From: a candidate division WOR-3 bacterium
GTDB lineage: Bacteria > Hydrothermota > Tepidihabitantia > Tepidihabitantales > JBDRVQ01
DNA: 64,000 nt
Direction: 5' to 3'
NCBI GenBank assembly: GCA_039801905.1
Contig: JBDRVQ010000001.1
Location: 29,635-93,634, forward strand
The notes beneath the pieces were generated by a model, which saw nothing but the letters and a program-made list of their open reading frames with translations, did not search any database and had not been told where the DNA came from. Position numbers and translations under genes: made by a program. Below are positions 28,364 through 39,855 of the stretch, in pieces (positions within the stretch are counted from its first letter, which is position 1; each line of letters opens with the position of its first letter).

Positions 28364-29182
28364 TTAAAGCAATCGGTAATGCTTCATCAAGATTGATTCC
28401 AATTGGGAGGGTATGACCTTTTTCAGAAAGACCGCTAACTTCTCCGAAAAGGGACCGATGGTATAACGAAATTTTGGTTTTGGGTCTTTAATAATCCTCT
28501 CCAAAAGGAAGGCAACCTCCTGGGGATGGAGACCATTACGCTCGTCTTCCTCCATCACCCCCAATGCCCTCAAAAACTCCTCTTGATAAGAAGAATTCCT
28601 CTCCGATTCTAAGGTCTTTTGGCGATTGGTGGTGAATTGGGTTTGGAAATCTCCCGGCTCAATCAAAACGACTTTAATCTTGAACTTTTTCACCTCCATC
28701 CTCAATGCCTCACTCAAACCTTCCAAGGCAAACTTTGTGGCACTGTATAAACCTTGAAAGGGAAGTCCCATTAAACCAGCAAGGGAACTGATATTGACAA
28801 TCAGCCCCCCTCCCTGTTGGCGCATGATTGGTAATACCGCCCGCAAGACCCGCAGGACCCCAAAGAAGTTAGTCTCAAATTGCCCCTTTGCCTCCTCAAT
28901 CGTTGTCTCCTCTATCGCCCCGGCGATGCCGAAGCCGGCATTATTCACCACCACATCCAATCTCTTCTCTCTTTCAAAGAGATAATCAATCCCTCTCCTT
29001 ACCGAATCGCAAGAATTGACATCCATCGGCATCATTGTCAAGAAATCGGAAATGGGGGTGAAAGAAGAGAGCTTTCGGCTGGTCCCGTAAACGGTATAAC
29101 CTTTATTGGCTAAATGTTCGGCGCAGGCTTTGCCGATACCGGATGATGCCCCGGTGATAAAAATGACCTTTCTATTTTTCAT
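28364..29182 (-). CDS. short-chain dehydrogenase/reductase (SDR) family oxidoreductase
   Basis: TGASSGIG Rossmann motif and YSATK catalytic motif. Confidence 0.85.
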   Translation of the reverse strand: MKNRKVIFITGASSGIGKACAEHLANKGYTVYGTSRKLSSFTPISDFLTMMPMDVNSCDSVRRGIDYLFEREKRLDVVVNNAGFGIAGAIEETTIEEAKGQFETNFFGVLRVLRAVLPIMRQQGGGLIVNISSLAGLMGLPFQGLYSATKFALEGLSEALRMEVKKFKIKVVLIEPGDFQTQFTTNRQKTLESERNSSYQEEFLRALGVMEEDERNGLHPQEVAFLLERIIKDPKPKFRYTIGPFSEKLAVFLKKVIPSQLESILMKHYRLL

Positions 29183-31730
29183 TGCTCAACCTTTTTAGAT
29201 AATCCTCTACCGCCGATTTTATCTCTTCCCTTTTCCCTTTTATGCCACCTTCCGCCAAGTCATCTCGCCCCCCACCCCCACCACCAAATCTCTTTCCTAA
29301 GAAATTGGCTAAATCCTTCGCCTTAATCTCTTGCGTCAAATCGGAAGAGATGCGAATGACAAATCTCTTCTCCCCTTCTCCTGCCAGAAAGACAGAGATG
29401 GTGCGTGACCAATCCCTTACGGTGTCGGAAAGGTTTCTCAAATCGTTGACCGTGAGATAGGGGTAATCCCGGAAGAGGAAAAAGAATTTTCCCACGGCCT
29501 CCGGAACCAAATCCTTCTTTAAGAAATTTAAAAGAAGGGAAGAGAGGCGCTCCACCCTCTTTTGGTAACTAAAAAGTGCCTCTTTCCACTCGGAAATCTT
29601 TTTCTCAATCAATCCCTTTTGACCAAATTCCCTTATTAAGTTTTTAATAATCATCTCCTCCTCATCAATCTCCCTCTTTACCCTCTCGCCGCATAGGGCT
29701 TCAATCCTCCTAATGCCGGCTGCCACTCCGGTTTCGGAGATAATCCGAAAGTAACCAATCTCTCCGGTCCTGCGCAGATGGGTACCACCACAAAGTTCTT
29801 TGGAGAAATTACCAATCTCAATCACATTAACCCTCTCTCCGTAGTGCTCGGTAAAAAGGGCTAAGGCACCCATCGCCTTCGCCTCAGCAATTGGGATGTT
29901 AAAATACTTTTTCACTTCTAAGTCTTTAAGGATCTGCTCGTAGACAATCTCCTCTATACTTTTAATCTCCCCTTCCTCTAAGGGACGGGGGAAATTGAAG
30001 TCAAATCTCAACCTCCCCGGTTCCACCAAAGAACCTTCCTGTCTCACCTCTTCCCCTAAGACCAACTTCAATGCCTTATGTAATAAGTGGGTGGCGGTAT
30101 GGGCGCGTTCAATCTCCCTTCGCCTCCTTTCGTCAACAGAAGTGATAACCTTCCCAACTTTTATCTCCCCTTCCCTTAACCGCCCTTTAACAATCGGTAT
30201 CCCAAACTGGTAATAGGAATCTAAAACCTCTAACTTAAACCCCTCACCCTCTATCCAACCGGTATCCCCAACTTGACCCCCGGCTTCCGCATAGAAAGGA
30301 GTGGCACTTAAAAAGACTTCATAAAGATCTTCACCCACCTTCTCATAAGAGAGGATTTCACTTTCTCCCCTTAAAGTCTCATAACCAATAAACTTCACCT
30401 CTCTCCCTTTCAGTACCTCAAGAGAAAGGGGAGAAGAGGAAACCTCCTTTCTTGATTTCTCCCTCTGCCTTTCTAAGAAGCGAAGGAAACCATCCCGATC
30501 AATCTCTAACCCCTCTTCCCTTGCCAACTCCTCTTGGATTTCAATACTGAAGCCATAGGTGTCCGCGAGGCGAAAGGCATCTTCCCCACAGATTATCCCA
30601 TCTTTCGCCCTTTTCTTCACCTCCTGCCAACGTTTCATTCCCGAGGCTAAGGTTTCTAAGAAACGTTCCTCTTCCGCTTTAATAATTGAGGAAGCCTTCA
30701 AAAATGCCTCCTTCACTTCCGGATAATGGTTATGATAAAGGTCAACTACCGTACCCGATAATTGGTAAAGGAAAGGTTCTTTCACTTTAAGGATTTTATA
30801 AGCGAAGAGGAGAGCCCGACGAATTAAAGACCGAACGACATAACCCCTCTCCTCGGGTGAAGGTAAAATCCCATCGGCAATGGCAAAGAGAACCGCTCGG
30901 GTGTGGTCGGCACAGATATTGAAAGCAACCCGATTTTGGGAGGTTATCTCCTTTGAGAGGATCTCCGCCATCCTTTCAATTATCGGGGAAAAGCAGTCGG
31001 TCTCAAAAACCGATCTCTTCCCCTGGGAGACAAGGGCTAACCTCTCCAATCCCATTCCGGTATCAATCCCCCGATTTTTTAAGGGAAGTTTTCTCCCATC
31101 AGGCTGGCAATCGTATTGGGGAAAGACCAGATTGTAGAGTTCTAAAAAACGGTCGCAGTCACAACCGGGGGCACAGGTCGGTTTACCGCAACCGAATTCC
31201 TCCCCCAAATCAAAATAAATCTCCGAGCAGGGACCACAGGCACCTTGTCCCCCAGCCGGTCCCCAAAAATTATCCTCCTCCCCCAAGCGAAATATTCTCT
31301 TTTCCGAAAGACCAACCACCTTATGCCAAATTCGGTAAGCCTCCTCATCTTCCCTAAATACCGAAACAAAGAGTCTCTCCTCTTTTAAGCCAACAACCTT
31401 TAAGAGGTACTCCCAAGCCCAGAGAATCGCCTCCTCCTTAAAATAGTCACCGAAGGAGAAATTGCCCAGCATCTCAAAGAAGGTGAGGTATTTGGGAGAT
31501 TTGCCAACCTTTTCCAAATCCGAAACCCTGAGGCACTTCTGGATACTACAAGCCCTCTTATAAGGAAGGGGTTTCGTTCCTGCCCAAAGGGGTTTGAATT
31601 GAACCATTCCCGCAGTAGTGAAAAGGAGGGTTGGGTCATCCTTGGGATAAAGGGGGGAAGAGGGAACGACGGTATGACCCCTCTGGGCATAAAAATCTAA
31701 AAATGTCTTTCTAATCTCCTCAATCTTCAT
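29172..31730 (-). CDS. alaS: alanine--tRNA ligase
   Basis: N-terminus [18 protein letters not shown]... class II motifs, editing-domain HxxxH, C-terminal Gly-rich DHHA1 region; 852 aa. Confidence 0.92.
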   Translation of the reverse strand: MKIEEIRKTFLDFYAQRGHTVVPSSPLYPKDDPTLLFTTAGMVQFKPLWAGTKPLPYKRACSIQKCLRVSDLEKVGKSPKYLTFFEMLGNFSFGDYFKEEAILWAWEYLLKVVGLKEERLFVSVFREDEEAYRIWHKVVGLSEKRIFRLGEEDNFWGPAGGQGACGPCSEIYFDLGEEFGCGKPTCAPGCDCDRFLELYNLVFPQYDCQPDGRKLPLKNRGIDTGMGLERLALVSQGKRSVFETDCFSPIIERMAEILSKEITSQNRVAFNICADHTRAVLFAIADGILPSPEERGYVVRSLIRRALLFAYKILKVKEPFLYQLSGTVVDLYHNHYPEVKEAFLKASSIIKAEEERFLETLASGMKRWQEVKKRAKDGIICGEDAFRLADTYGFSIEIQEELAREEGLEIDRDGFLRFLERQREKSRKEVSSSPLSLEVLKGREVKFIGYETLRGESEILSYEKVGEDLYEVFLSATPFYAEAGGQVGDTGWIEGEGFKLEVLDSYYQFGIPIVKGRLREGEIKVGKVITSVDERRRREIERAHTATHLLHKALKLVLGEEVRQEGSLVEPGRLRFDFNFPRPLEEGEIKSIEEIVYEQILKDLEVKKYFNIPIAEAKAMGALALFTEHYGERVNVIEIGNFSKELCGGTHLRRTGEIGYFRIISETGVAAGIRRIEALCGERVKREIDEEEMIIKNLIREFGQKGLIEKKISEWKEALFSYQKRVERLSSLLLNFLKKDLVPEAVGKFFFLFRDYPYLTVNDLRNLSDTVRDWSRTISVFLAGEGEKRFVIRISSDLTQEIKAKDLANFLGKRFGGGGGGRDDLAEGGIKGKREEIKSAVEDYLKRLSNEK

Positions 31731-32731
31731 TTGGAAAATGCCTTCTCATAAATCTTCTCTTCAATCTCCTTTGCCAAGTTAGGATTCTTTTCTAAGAATT
31801 CTATCACCTGCTCCCTTCCCTGACCAATCCGGTCTTCCTTATAGGAGAACCAGGCACCACTCTTCTGAATAATTCCCAAGGAACTTCCCACATCAACAAT
31901 CTCTCCGAGACGGTTAATCCCTTTCCCGTAAATGATATCAAATTCTGCCTCCTTAAAGGGAGGAGCCAACTTATTCTTAACGACGCGCACTTTGGTTCGC
32001 GCCCCGATAAACTCTTCCCCTCTTTTGAGTGTAGAAACTTTCCTCACCTCCAATCTTAAAGTGGCATAGAACTTCAACGCCAAACCACCAGGGGTCGTCT
32101 CCGGGCTACCATAGAGAACACCAATCTTATGCCTTATCTGATTGGTGAAGATGGCACACGTATTTGACTTGTGAATGACACCGGAGAGTTTCCTCAATGC
32201 CTGCGACATTAACCGCGCCTGGACTCCAACCTGAGCCTCACCCATCTCCCCTTCAATCTCCGCCCTCGGCACAAGGGCGGCAACTGAATCAATGACGAAG
32301 ACATCCAAGGCTTGGCTCCGAGTGAGAATTTCGGCAATCTCTAAGGACTGTTCTCCGGTATCCGGTTGAGAGAGATATAAATTATCCAAATCAACCCCCA
32401 AGGCTTCGGCATAGGAAGGATCAAGGGCATGCTCGGAATCAATGAAACAAGCAATCCCCCCTCTCTTCTGTGCCTGGGCAATCACGGAAAGGGCTAAGGT
32501 TGTCTTTCCTGAAGCCTCCGGTCCGAAGATCTCGCAGATCCTCCCCTTCGGAAAACCGCCAATCCCCAAGGCAATATCTAAGGCAAGAGAACCGGTGGGG
32601 ATAATATCTACTTCCATCTTCCTCCCTTTTTCCCCCAACTTCATCACTGCCCCTTTCCCAAACTGCTTTTCAATCTGGGCGATGGCAGAGGCAATCGCTT
32701 TTATCTTTTCCTTATCAATCTCTTTTGCCAT
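31727..32731 (-). CDS. recA: recombinase RecA
   Basis: GPEASGKTT Walker A and [16 protein letters not shown]. Confidence 0.95.
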   Translation of the reverse strand: MAKEIDKEKIKAIASAIAQIEKQFGKGAVMKLGEKGRKMEVDIIPTGSLALDIALGIGGFPKGRICEIFGPEASGKTTLALSVIAQAQKRGGIACFIDSEHALDPSYAEALGVDLDNLYLSQPDTGEQSLEIAEILTRSQALDVFVIDSVAALVPRAEIEGEMGEAQVGVQARLMSQALRKLSGVIHKSNTCAIFTNQIRHKIGVLYGSPETTPGGLALKFYATLRLEVRKVSTLKRGEEFIGARTKVRVVKNKLAPPFKEAEFDIIYGKGINRLGEIVDVGSSLGIIQKSGAWFSYKEDRIGQGREQVIEFLEKNPNLAKEIEEKIYEKAFSK

Positions 32732-33007
32732 TTTTCACCTCTTCACTAAAATTAAGTTTAGGGGAAAAAAAGGGAAAGTCAACATTGGTATGGAAGCAAT
32801 AAGAGAGAAGAGCCACTTTATGGTGGTAGAGATTTTTGACCAAAAGAATTGAATTTCTCGTTGATGATAATACCTTGCCAAAATAAACCTCTCGCCACCT
32901 TCTATTCAAGAAGAAGAGTTACAATCTAAGGAGTGAGCGGAAGATAAAAAGATGAAATAGAACTTTCCCACTTCGGTGGTCACACCCTTCTGAAAAGTGT
33001 CTCTTGA

Positions 33008-33582
33008 ATTAAATAAGTTATTATAAATCAAAGGCTTATAAAAAAGGGGGAAATTTAGTGTCAGAAATTGGGGGGTATTTCCGTATTTATTATAGAGGGC
33101 TATGAAGAAGTTAAAAGAAATTATTAAGGTAAGTGATTGGGTTCTAATCCCAACCCTTGAAGAGAGATTGAGGAGGTATTATCGGGTAATTAGCACTTAA
33201 TAAAAATGGCATTAAATAATAAAAAACTTTATCAAACAGGAGGGGTTTATCTTTATAAAAAGGGGTGTAGCATACAGGGGATGGTATCGGGGATTTAATG
33301 GAAGGCATAATCTAAGGCATAATTTTAGGCTTAATCGGAGTTTTAATAGAGGGTTTAATTGAGAATCTAATAAATACTCTAAAAGAAGTTATAACCGGCG
33401 GTATAATCAGAAGCCTAATTCAGAGTTTAATAGAAAGGATAATAAAGAGTTTAATCATGTGTCTAATTAAGGGTTTAATCCGAAGGGAAAATAGAAACCT
33501 AATTGAGAATGATTAGTGGAGAAGAATAATCTTTTCTCTTTGAATAGAGCCCTCGCTTTCCATCCGCTCCCAATAAATGGGT
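33008..33582 (+). repeat. Modular intergenic element copy 2: far-upstream module 33008-33050 (shared with copy 3), leader 33051-33237, core 33238-33292, 12-nt T-A-A-T array 33298-33510, tail 33490-33582 (shared with copy 4)
   Basis: Direct alignment to copies 1, 3 and 4. Confidence 0.8.
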
Positions 33583-33745
33583 AAAACTTTCCCCGGATGC
33601 GCATCGTGTGCCAATGAGGGCAAAATCTGATTTCCTTGCTGGGTGGATACCGGGAAACTATCAATAATAACACCAGAAGGATTTAAGCGGGCACCATAGA
33701 TATCAGATCACAAGATAATTTATGCCATCTTTCCCGGATTTTATG

Positions 33746-33773
33746 TTGACTTTAAGGTAATTTTTTGTAATTT
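33746..33773 (+). promoter_or_regulatory. sigma-70-like promoter TTGACT -16- TAATTT, 5 nt upstream of the aldehyde dehydrogenase ATG (leaderless)
   Basis: Read from the sequence. Confidence 0.4.
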
Positions 33774-33778
33774 AACCT

Positions 33779-35278
33779 ATGGCAAAAATCTACTACAATT
33801 TTATTGATGGGAAATGGGTAGAGAGTAAAACAAAAAGGACCTACGAAAATCGTAATCCCGCCAACTACGAAGAGGTGATTGGCGTTTTCCCTTCTTCTAA
33901 TGCGGAAGATGTTGACTTGGCGGTAAAGGCGGCAAAAAAGGCTTACCAGCACTGGCGGAAGGTCCCACCCCCGAAAAGGGGAGAAATCCTCCGCAAAGCG
34001 GGTGAGATTCTTTTAGAAAGGAAAGAAGAGATCGCTCAGATTATGACCAGAGAAATGGGAAAGGTGCTAAAAGAGACCAGAGGCGATGTGCAAGAAGGGA
34101 TTGATACCGCCTTCTATGCGGCTGGAGAAGGGAGGAGATTGTTCTCCTTCACCACCCCCAGTGAATTACCAAATAAGGTCTGTATGGTCTATCGCCAACC
34201 GATAGGCGTCTGGGGAATTATCACCCCCTGGAATTTCCCCTTAGCAATTCCTTCTTGGAAAATCTTCCCGGCTCTTTTATGCGGCAATACCGTGGTCTTC
34301 AAACCCGCCACTGATACCCCAGCCACCGCTTTCCTTTTGGTTGAAATTTTAATGGAGGCCGGATTGCCCGAAGGGGTTGTCAATTTAGTCTTCGGCCGGG
34401 GTGGCGAAGTCGGTGAAGCATTACTTAGCCATCCCGAAATCTCCGGCATCTCCTTCACCGGTTCTTCAGAAGTGGGGAGAAGAATTGGGGAAGTCTGCGG
34501 CCGGACCTTAAAAAGATGCTCCTTAGAATTGGGTGGGAAAAATGCCCAGATTGTTCTGGCTGATGCCGATCTCAATTTAGCCTTAGAGGGTGTGCTCTGG
34601 GGCGCCTTCGGTACTACCGGCCAGAGATGTACCGCTACCTCCCGACTCATCTTAGAGGAGAAGATCTACGAGCAGTTTATTGAAATGCTAATTGAAAGGA
34701 CAAAGAAATTGAAATTGGGTAACGGCTTAAAGGAAGATACCGACGTTGGACCTTTGATTAGCGAAAAGCAGAGGGAGACGGTACACCAATATGTGGAGAT
34801 TGGGAAGAAGGAAGGGGCGAAGTTAGTCTGTGGTGGTAAACCTTACCAAGAGGGAGAATGCGCCAAGGGCTATTTCTATGAACCAACAATTTTTATTGAT
34901 GTGAAGCCGGAGATGACCATTGCCCAGGAAGAGATCTTCGGTCCCGTTCTTTCCGTAATTAAAGCGAAAGATTTAAAAGAAGCGATTTCTATCTTAAATA
35001 AGACCCGCTACGGCCTCTCTTCCGCCATTTACACCCGAGATGTGAATAAGGCATTTACAGCAATCTCCGAAATTGAGGCGGGGATTACCTATGTCAACGC
35101 CCCCACAATCGGTGCGGAGTGCCACTTGCCTTTCGGGGGGGTGAAAGATACCGGCAATGGACATCGGGAAGGTGGCTGGACGGTTTATGATATCTTCTCG
35201 GAGTTGAAGACGGTTTATATTGACTACTCCGGCTCTCTCCAAAAGGCACAGATTGATACCTGGCAAAAGAGAGATTAA
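33779..35278 (+). CDS. NAD(P)-dependent aldehyde dehydrogenase
   Basis: ELGGKNAQIV catalytic Glu motif and GQRCTATSR catalytic Cys motif. Confidence 0.9.
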   Translation: MAKIYYNFIDGKWVESKTKRTYENRNPANYEEVIGVFPSSNAEDVDLAVKAAKKAYQHWRKVPPPKRGEILRKAGEILLERKEEIAQIMTREMGKVLKETRGDVQEGIDTAFYAAGEGRRLFSFTTPSELPNKVCMVYRQPIGVWGIITPWNFPLAIPSWKIFPALLCGNTVVFKPATDTPATAFLLVEILMEAGLPEGVVNLVFGRGGEVGEALLSHPEISGISFTGSSEVGRRIGEVCGRTLKRCSLELGGKNAQIVLADADLNLALEGVLWGAFGTTGQRCTATSRLILEEKIYEQFIEMLIERTKKLKLGNGLKEDTDVGPLISEKQRETVHQYVEIGKKEGAKLVCGGKPYQEGECAKGYFYEPTIFIDVKPEMTIAQEEIFGPVLSVIKAKDLKEAISILNKTRYGLSSAIYTRDVNKAFTAISEIEAGITYVNAPTIGAECHLPFGGVKDTGNGHREGGWTVYDIFSELKTVYIDYSGSLQKAQIDTWQKRD

Positions 35279-36840
35279 AGGTTATATTCAATAATCTTTT
35301 TCCTTAAAGTCTCGCGATGGATACCTAAAAGTTCGGCGGCCCGGCTAATCTGGCCGTTGGTCTTTGCCAGCGCCTCCTTAATCGCCTTCTTCTCAATAAT
35401 TTGGAGGTTTAAGGTGGCAAAGCTCTTCTCAATCTCTTCTTCCTTCCCTTCCTCCCGCTTTTGGAGAAAACGCATCATACCCAAGGTGGGTATGAGGTGG
35501 TCAATGTCAATCTCTTGGGCATTCTCGGCTAACGCCCTTTCGTAAGCCCTTTCAAGGATGTTGCGCAAGGTTCGGACGTTACCCTCAAATAGTGAGTTTT
35601 CCCCTTTGAGATAGTCATTGATTAAAGTGAAAAGGAAAGAATGACCAGAAGGAGAAAGGGGGATCAGTTTCTTGCCGGGGAGGGCGGTAGCAATCCTCCT
35701 GATGAAGAAGTGAGAAAACCGGTCAAGATCCCTTTCCACAACCGTTGGCGCCTCGTTACCCCACCTCTCTTTAAGGGAAGGGACAAGGAGACAATGTTGA
35801 AAGAGTCGGGAATAGAAGTCGGGTCTTAAAGTTTGGGAGAGTTTTTCCAGTGGTTGATTGGTGGCGGCGATAATCCGGATATCAATCTCCCTCTCCCAAG
35901 AAGCCCCCAAACGTTTTATCCTTTTGTACTCCAATGCCCTTAATAACTTAATCTGAATCTCAGATGATAGTTCACCAATCTCATCTAAGAAGACGGTTGA
36001 GGTATTAGCGGATTCAAATATCCCTTCCCGGGGTAAAACCGCACCGGTGAAGGCACCCCTTTCGTGACCGAAGAGTTCGTCTTCAATCAGGTTATAGTCT
36101 AAAGCGGCGATGTTGACAGTAAGGGGCTCTCTCTTCTCCGCCTTCTCCTTCTCAAATCTTAAAGAGAGGCGGTGGATGATGCGGGCGACCAGTTCCTTCC
36201 CCACTCCGGGTTCGCCTAATAACATCACCGTCGCATCCGAAGGAGCGATCTTCTCAATCTCCCCCACTACATAACTCATCAAACGGGATTCGCCAATCAC
36301 AAAGTTGAACTCCTCTTCCCAATTCTTTTTCTTCTCTTCTCCTACGGGTCTTAAAGCGAAGAAGTCAATCTTGCGGACAACCGAGGGATAAAAATTCTCA
36401 CCCACCGCACTCATCGGGACGAAGGTTGCCCTTCCGTAACCCGGACCCACTAAAAGGTTAGCGAACTTTTTTAGAGAGGCGATACCCACCCGTAAGGAAA
36501 GGAATAGGACCGGGACGATTTTATCAATCTTCCGGAGGGCACTGAAGATTATAAATCCCTGTAAAGCCTTAACATCATAAGGGGCAACAAATTCCATCCC
36601 CCACTCCTCAGGGGTGAGGAGTTCTTCATCTTGAAGGTGGGTGAAATCAATATCCTGAACGACTAAAGAAACAAACTTCCCCCTATTCTTCCTATACCAG
36701 TCAATCAGTTCTTTGCCGTGGCGGAAATGGAGAAATTCAAATTCGGAAAGGAGACGACCCTCTTGGTAATCCCGAATCTGTTCCATTAAAGTGAGATAAC
36801 TCTCTCTCAAATCATCACAAATTAAGATGTAAGGTTTCAT
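35275..36840 (-). CDS. sigma-54-dependent transcriptional activator (bacterial enhancer-binding protein) with atypical N-terminal receiver-like domain
   Basis: AAA+ LLGEPGVGKELVARIIH, the GAFTGA sigma-54 contact motif, and C-terminal Fis-type HTH (QISRAAELLGIHRETLRKKI). Confidence 0.85.
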   Translation of the reverse strand: MKPYILICDDLRESYLTLMEQIRDYQEGRLLSEFEFLHFRHGKELIDWYRKNRGKFVSLVVQDIDFTHLQDEELLTPEEWGMEFVAPYDVKALQGFIIFSALRKIDKIVPVLFLSLRVGIASLKKFANLLVGPGYGRATFVPMSAVGENFYPSVVRKIDFFALRPVGEEKKKNWEEEFNFVIGESRLMSYVVGEIEKIAPSDATVMLLGEPGVGKELVARIIHRLSLRFEKEKAEKREPLTVNIAALDYNLIEDELFGHERGAFTGAVLPREGIFESANTSTVFLDEIGELSSEIQIKLLRALEYKRIKRLGASWEREIDIRIIAATNQPLEKLSQTLRPDFYSRLFQHCLLVPSLKERWGNEAPTVVERDLDRFSHFFIRRIATALPGKKLIPLSPSGHSFLFTLINDYLKGENSLFEGNVRTLRNILERAYERALAENAQEIDIDHLIPTLGMMRFLQKREEGKEEEIEKSFATLNLQIIEKKAIKEALAKTNGQISRAAELLGIHRETLRKKIIEYNL

Positions 36841-38639
36841 CGAGCAATTATCCCCTTAATGATTCCTACTAAATCCAAAAAGGTTACCCACAACTTCTCA
36901 TATTCTTCCTTTCCTCCTCCATAAGCGAAATAGTTGGGGTAGCGAAAGGCAAGCATCTGCAAATCTTCTGCCAGATGACCTTCTTTTAGATTGGGTTCGC
37001 TTTGGGCATCGGAATAAAAAGAAAATTTTACCTTTCTTGCCCAATCGGTTGGGTGGAGGTAAGAGATTTTAATTTGGGAAAAGGATTGGGCGTAACGGAA
37101 ATGGTCGGAGAAGATATGGCTGAAGACACCCTCAATTGTCTTGTCGAGGAATAGGAGGACATCCGCTGCCAACGGGTCAATGGCGACGCAATCCCAGGAT
37201 TGACCAATCTCTAAAATCCTCCCTTCCACAAATTTGGTGAGCAGATGGAGGTGGGGAGAGGAGAGAAATTTGGCTAAAAAACTCTTATACTCTTTCTCAT
37301 CCCAGATCTGGGGAAGGGAATTTCCGGGGGGTAGGCGGTAGCGCTTAAATATCTCATCCAATTTCCGGAGGGCAGCGGGAAAATTACCCTTTACCACAAA
37401 GTTGTGGTCTAAGGTCACGACCTCAGAGGCGAGGGTCACAATCTCCGAAACATCCCTCTTCCCTAGTTTCCTCTTTTGGCCACTCTTTTTTAAGAGAAGA
37501 AGAGCGAAGATGATAGGTAGGGAAATTAAGAGGAGGAGGGAGAACGCCCTTAACACTCTTTGCCAATAGTAGGCGGTCACGAAAGTTCTTCGTAATTGCC
37601 CAATGGTCTTCTCTTCACTCCAAAGTTGGTCGTTTAAGAGATTGGCGACCAAAAATACCCTCTCCCCTTCTTCCCAATCTCTCTTCTTGGTTAAAAGAGA
37701 AAAGAGCGAGAGCATCTTTTCCTTCTTCAATAAGAATTCCCGGCGCTCGTTATAAAAAATTTTTAATCCTTCGGGTTGCAGGAGGGCAAAGTCAAGAAGG
37801 CCGTCACCATTGATATCAGAAAGGGAAAGGTCTTTGATCTCCAATTGGCAGCAGGGCACCTTAAAACCTGAGGGATAGATAAGATACAAATCCTTTTCCA
37901 TTTGGCAGAGGAGAAAGGGAGAGAGTACTTTTATCACCACCTTCCCTCTTTGACCAATAATCGGAATGCCGGGGATAGGAGAACTCTTTTTTCTCTGGTA
38001 GCGCACCAAAAATAAATCAACTCCTCTTCTTTTAAGATAATATATGGTGTCATTTAAATTGAAAACCGCAAGGATTTTTTCTCCTTTCAGGGTCAAATTT
38101 TTTTCCCATCGCCCGCTTGGCAATTCGAACTCGTAGATTCCCGAACTTTCTGCTAGGTAAAACTTTTGTCCTTTCCAAGAGGCGCTGTGGACTTCGGAAA
38201 GGGGAAAAGAGAAGAGTTCTCTCATCCCTCTTTCCGTGAGGTGGTAAAAAGAACTCCCGGTCGGCTGGATAATAGCAAAATGGAAGGGAGAAACCGAGAA
38301 AGAGGAAATAATCTTTTCGTTTAAGATTTTTTCCACCTTCGGCTGGAAGTTATCAAAAGAGAGGTGATAAATCCCATCCTCAGAGACAAGGTAACAACTA
38401 TTAGAATAGACATAGGAATTGATCACCCTCTTCGGGAAATGATGGGTGGAGAGAATCTTGCCGGATAAATCCGTAATAATCATCTCGCCGTTTTTAGTAA
38501 ATAGAACAATCTCTTTCTCCTTGTCTCCTCTGATATTAAGAAATTGGCAGTGGTAGAAATCTTTTCGGGGAAGGGGAAGAAAATACGCCGAAAAGAATTG
38601 GGAAAAGATAAAGAGAATGGAGAAGGAAGGATGAATCAT
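36837..38639 (-). CDS. hypothetical membrane protein: exported FG-GAP/beta-propeller-like N-domain, one TM helix, about 200-aa cytoplasmic domain of unknown type
   Basis: Signal sequence, DINGDGLLDFALL FG-GAP-like motif, TM segment (VLRAFSLLLLISLPIIFALLLL). Stop overlaps the sigma-54 activator start. Confidence 0.5.
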   Translation of the reverse strand: MIHPSFSILFIFSQFFSAYFLPLPRKDFYHCQFLNIRGDKEKEIVLFTKNGEMIITDLSGKILSTHHFPKRVINSYVYSNSCYLVSEDGIYHLSFDNFQPKVEKILNEKIISSFSVSPFHFAIIQPTGSSFYHLTERGMRELFSFPLSEVHSASWKGQKFYLAESSGIYEFELPSGRWEKNLTLKGEKILAVFNLNDTIYYLKRRGVDLFLVRYQRKKSSPIPGIPIIGQRGKVVIKVLSPFLLCQMEKDLYLIYPSGFKVPCCQLEIKDLSLSDINGDGLLDFALLQPEGLKIFYNERREFLLKKEKMLSLFSLLTKKRDWEEGERVFLVANLLNDQLWSEEKTIGQLRRTFVTAYYWQRVLRAFSLLLLISLPIIFALLLLKKSGQKRKLGKRDVSEIVTLASEVVTLDHNFVVKGNFPAALRKLDEIFKRYRLPPGNSLPQIWDEKEYKSFLAKFLSSPHLHLLTKFVEGRILEIGQSWDCVAIDPLAADVLLFLDKTIEGVFSHIFSDHFRYAQSFSQIKISYLHPTDWARKVKFSFYSDAQSEPNLKEGHLAEDLQMLAFRYPNYFAYGGGKEEYEKLWVTFLDLVGIIKGIIAR

Positions 38640-38640
38640 T

Positions 38641-39855
38641 CTATTCCCACTGGTAAATTGCCAACCCCTCCCCTACCGTCAAAAACCCGTTGCCCAAAGG
38701 GAGGCAGGCATAAACCACATCCTCCAAATCGGAGGCCTCGCGGGTCCTCAGTTGGGGCGATAAACGGTAGAACCAATCTTCCCGTCTTCCTTTCTCCTTT
38801 TCCAAGATGAGATTCACCATAATCTCCGTCCCTTCGTCGGTTTCAAAGACTCCCAAAAGATAAACGATCACCCGGTGATAAGAAAGGGAGGGGGCAAATC
38901 TTTTTCGCCAAAGAACTTTCTCCCCTTTCATCACCAAAATTCCTCCTTCCCTTCCTGAATAGGTTAAAACCTTTTCCTTTTCTCCGTCATTATCAAAATC
39001 GTAAAGAGAAAAATCGTTAAAGAAAATCCCGTTGCCGCCTAATCCCTTCCTCTCCAATTCCTTTCCGTCTTCCGTCTGGTAGGTAAGAAGCTGGCTTTTC
39101 TTATTGGTAGGATCAAAGAGCAAAAGAAAAAGGGTTTTCCCATCCGTCCTGCAAAAGCCTTGCGCCATAAAATCATTAAACCCAAGTTCTTGATCCCAGT
39201 TATTTCTCCCTCGGGCGTAAATTTTCCTCTCACCCAAAATAAATAAAGTGCCTTCCCCCCTTCCCAAGAACCTTCCCGCGGATAACTTTTCTTGGGAGAT
39301 TATCTTCCCTTCGGGTAAGGAATAAGAAAAAAGGAAACTTTCCTCCCCTTTCCTCTCTAATGTCCAAACCCTCATTTTTCCTTCTTGCTCGGTAACAAAG
39401 AAATCTTTCAGCCAAAAACTATCCGCGAGGCGCAACCGATAGCGACGAGTTAAACTTCCCCTCTCTCCTTTAACAAAAAAGAAGATCTCTTTCCCATTGG
39501 TGAGGGTTAGAAAATCCTTTTCCAAAAAAGAGAAAATCTTGGGACGTGAAGAAGAGAAGGGTAATTTCTTTAAGAGGGAGAGGGTAGGGGAAAGGATATA
39601 GACATTGGGTAGATTGGCTGAGTAAAAAACAATCTCTTCCTCCCTCCCGCCCCAAAAATCTCCGCGCTGAAGGAGAGCGGGAGAAGAAGAGAGGGAGAAG
39701 GGGAGGTTTTCTGTAGAAAATAGTCCCTCCGCTATCCAATTACAGACTAACGTCCTATCTCTAACCTTTAATTTAGGTAAATCCTGTATTTCCCTCTTAC
39801 ACCCAAAGGGGAGTGTCAGAAAACTTAAAAATAGGAGAAAAAAGGAGAAAATCAT
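38641..39855 (-). CDS. hypothetical lipoprotein/exported repeat protein (FG-GAP/VCBS-like)
   Basis: Signal peptide with Cys (LPFGC); FNDFSLYDFDNDGEKE motif. Confidence 0.5.
   Translation of the reverse strand: MIFSFFLLFLSFLTLPFGCKREIQDLPKLKVRDRTLVCNWIAEGLFSTENLPFSLSSSPALLQRGDFWGGREEEIVFYSANLPNVYILSPTLSLLKKLPFSSSRPKIFSFLEKDFLTLTNGKEIFFFVKGERGSLTRRYRLRLADSFWLKDFFVTEQEGKMRVWTLERKGEESFLFSYSLPEGKIISQEKLSAGRFLGRGEGTLFILGERKIYARGRNNWDQELGFNDFMAQGFCRTDGKTLFLLLFDPTNKKSQLLTYQTEDGKELERKGLGGNGIFFNDFSLYDFDNDGEKEKVLTYSGREGGILVMKGEKVLWRKRFAPSLSYHRVIVYLLGVFETDEGTEIMVNLILEKEKGRREDWFYRLSPQLRTREASDLEDVVYACLPLGNGFLTVGEGLAIYQWE

Noticed and set aside
31727-32800. SOS/LexA box upstream of recA
   Set aside because: Neither CTGT-N8-ACAG nor GAAC-N4-GTTC type boxes are present in the 32732-32800 upstream region.
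32966-32977. CCAC-TTCG-GTGG perfect tetraloop hairpin downstream of the recA promoter region
   Set aside because: Too short and isolated to call a terminator or regulatory RNA. No U-tract.
33467-33673. 68-aa minus-strand ORF over the tail module of copy 2
   Set aside because: No RBS or promoter. Overlaps a conserved non-coding tail that occurs in inverted orientation in copy 4, where it is not open.
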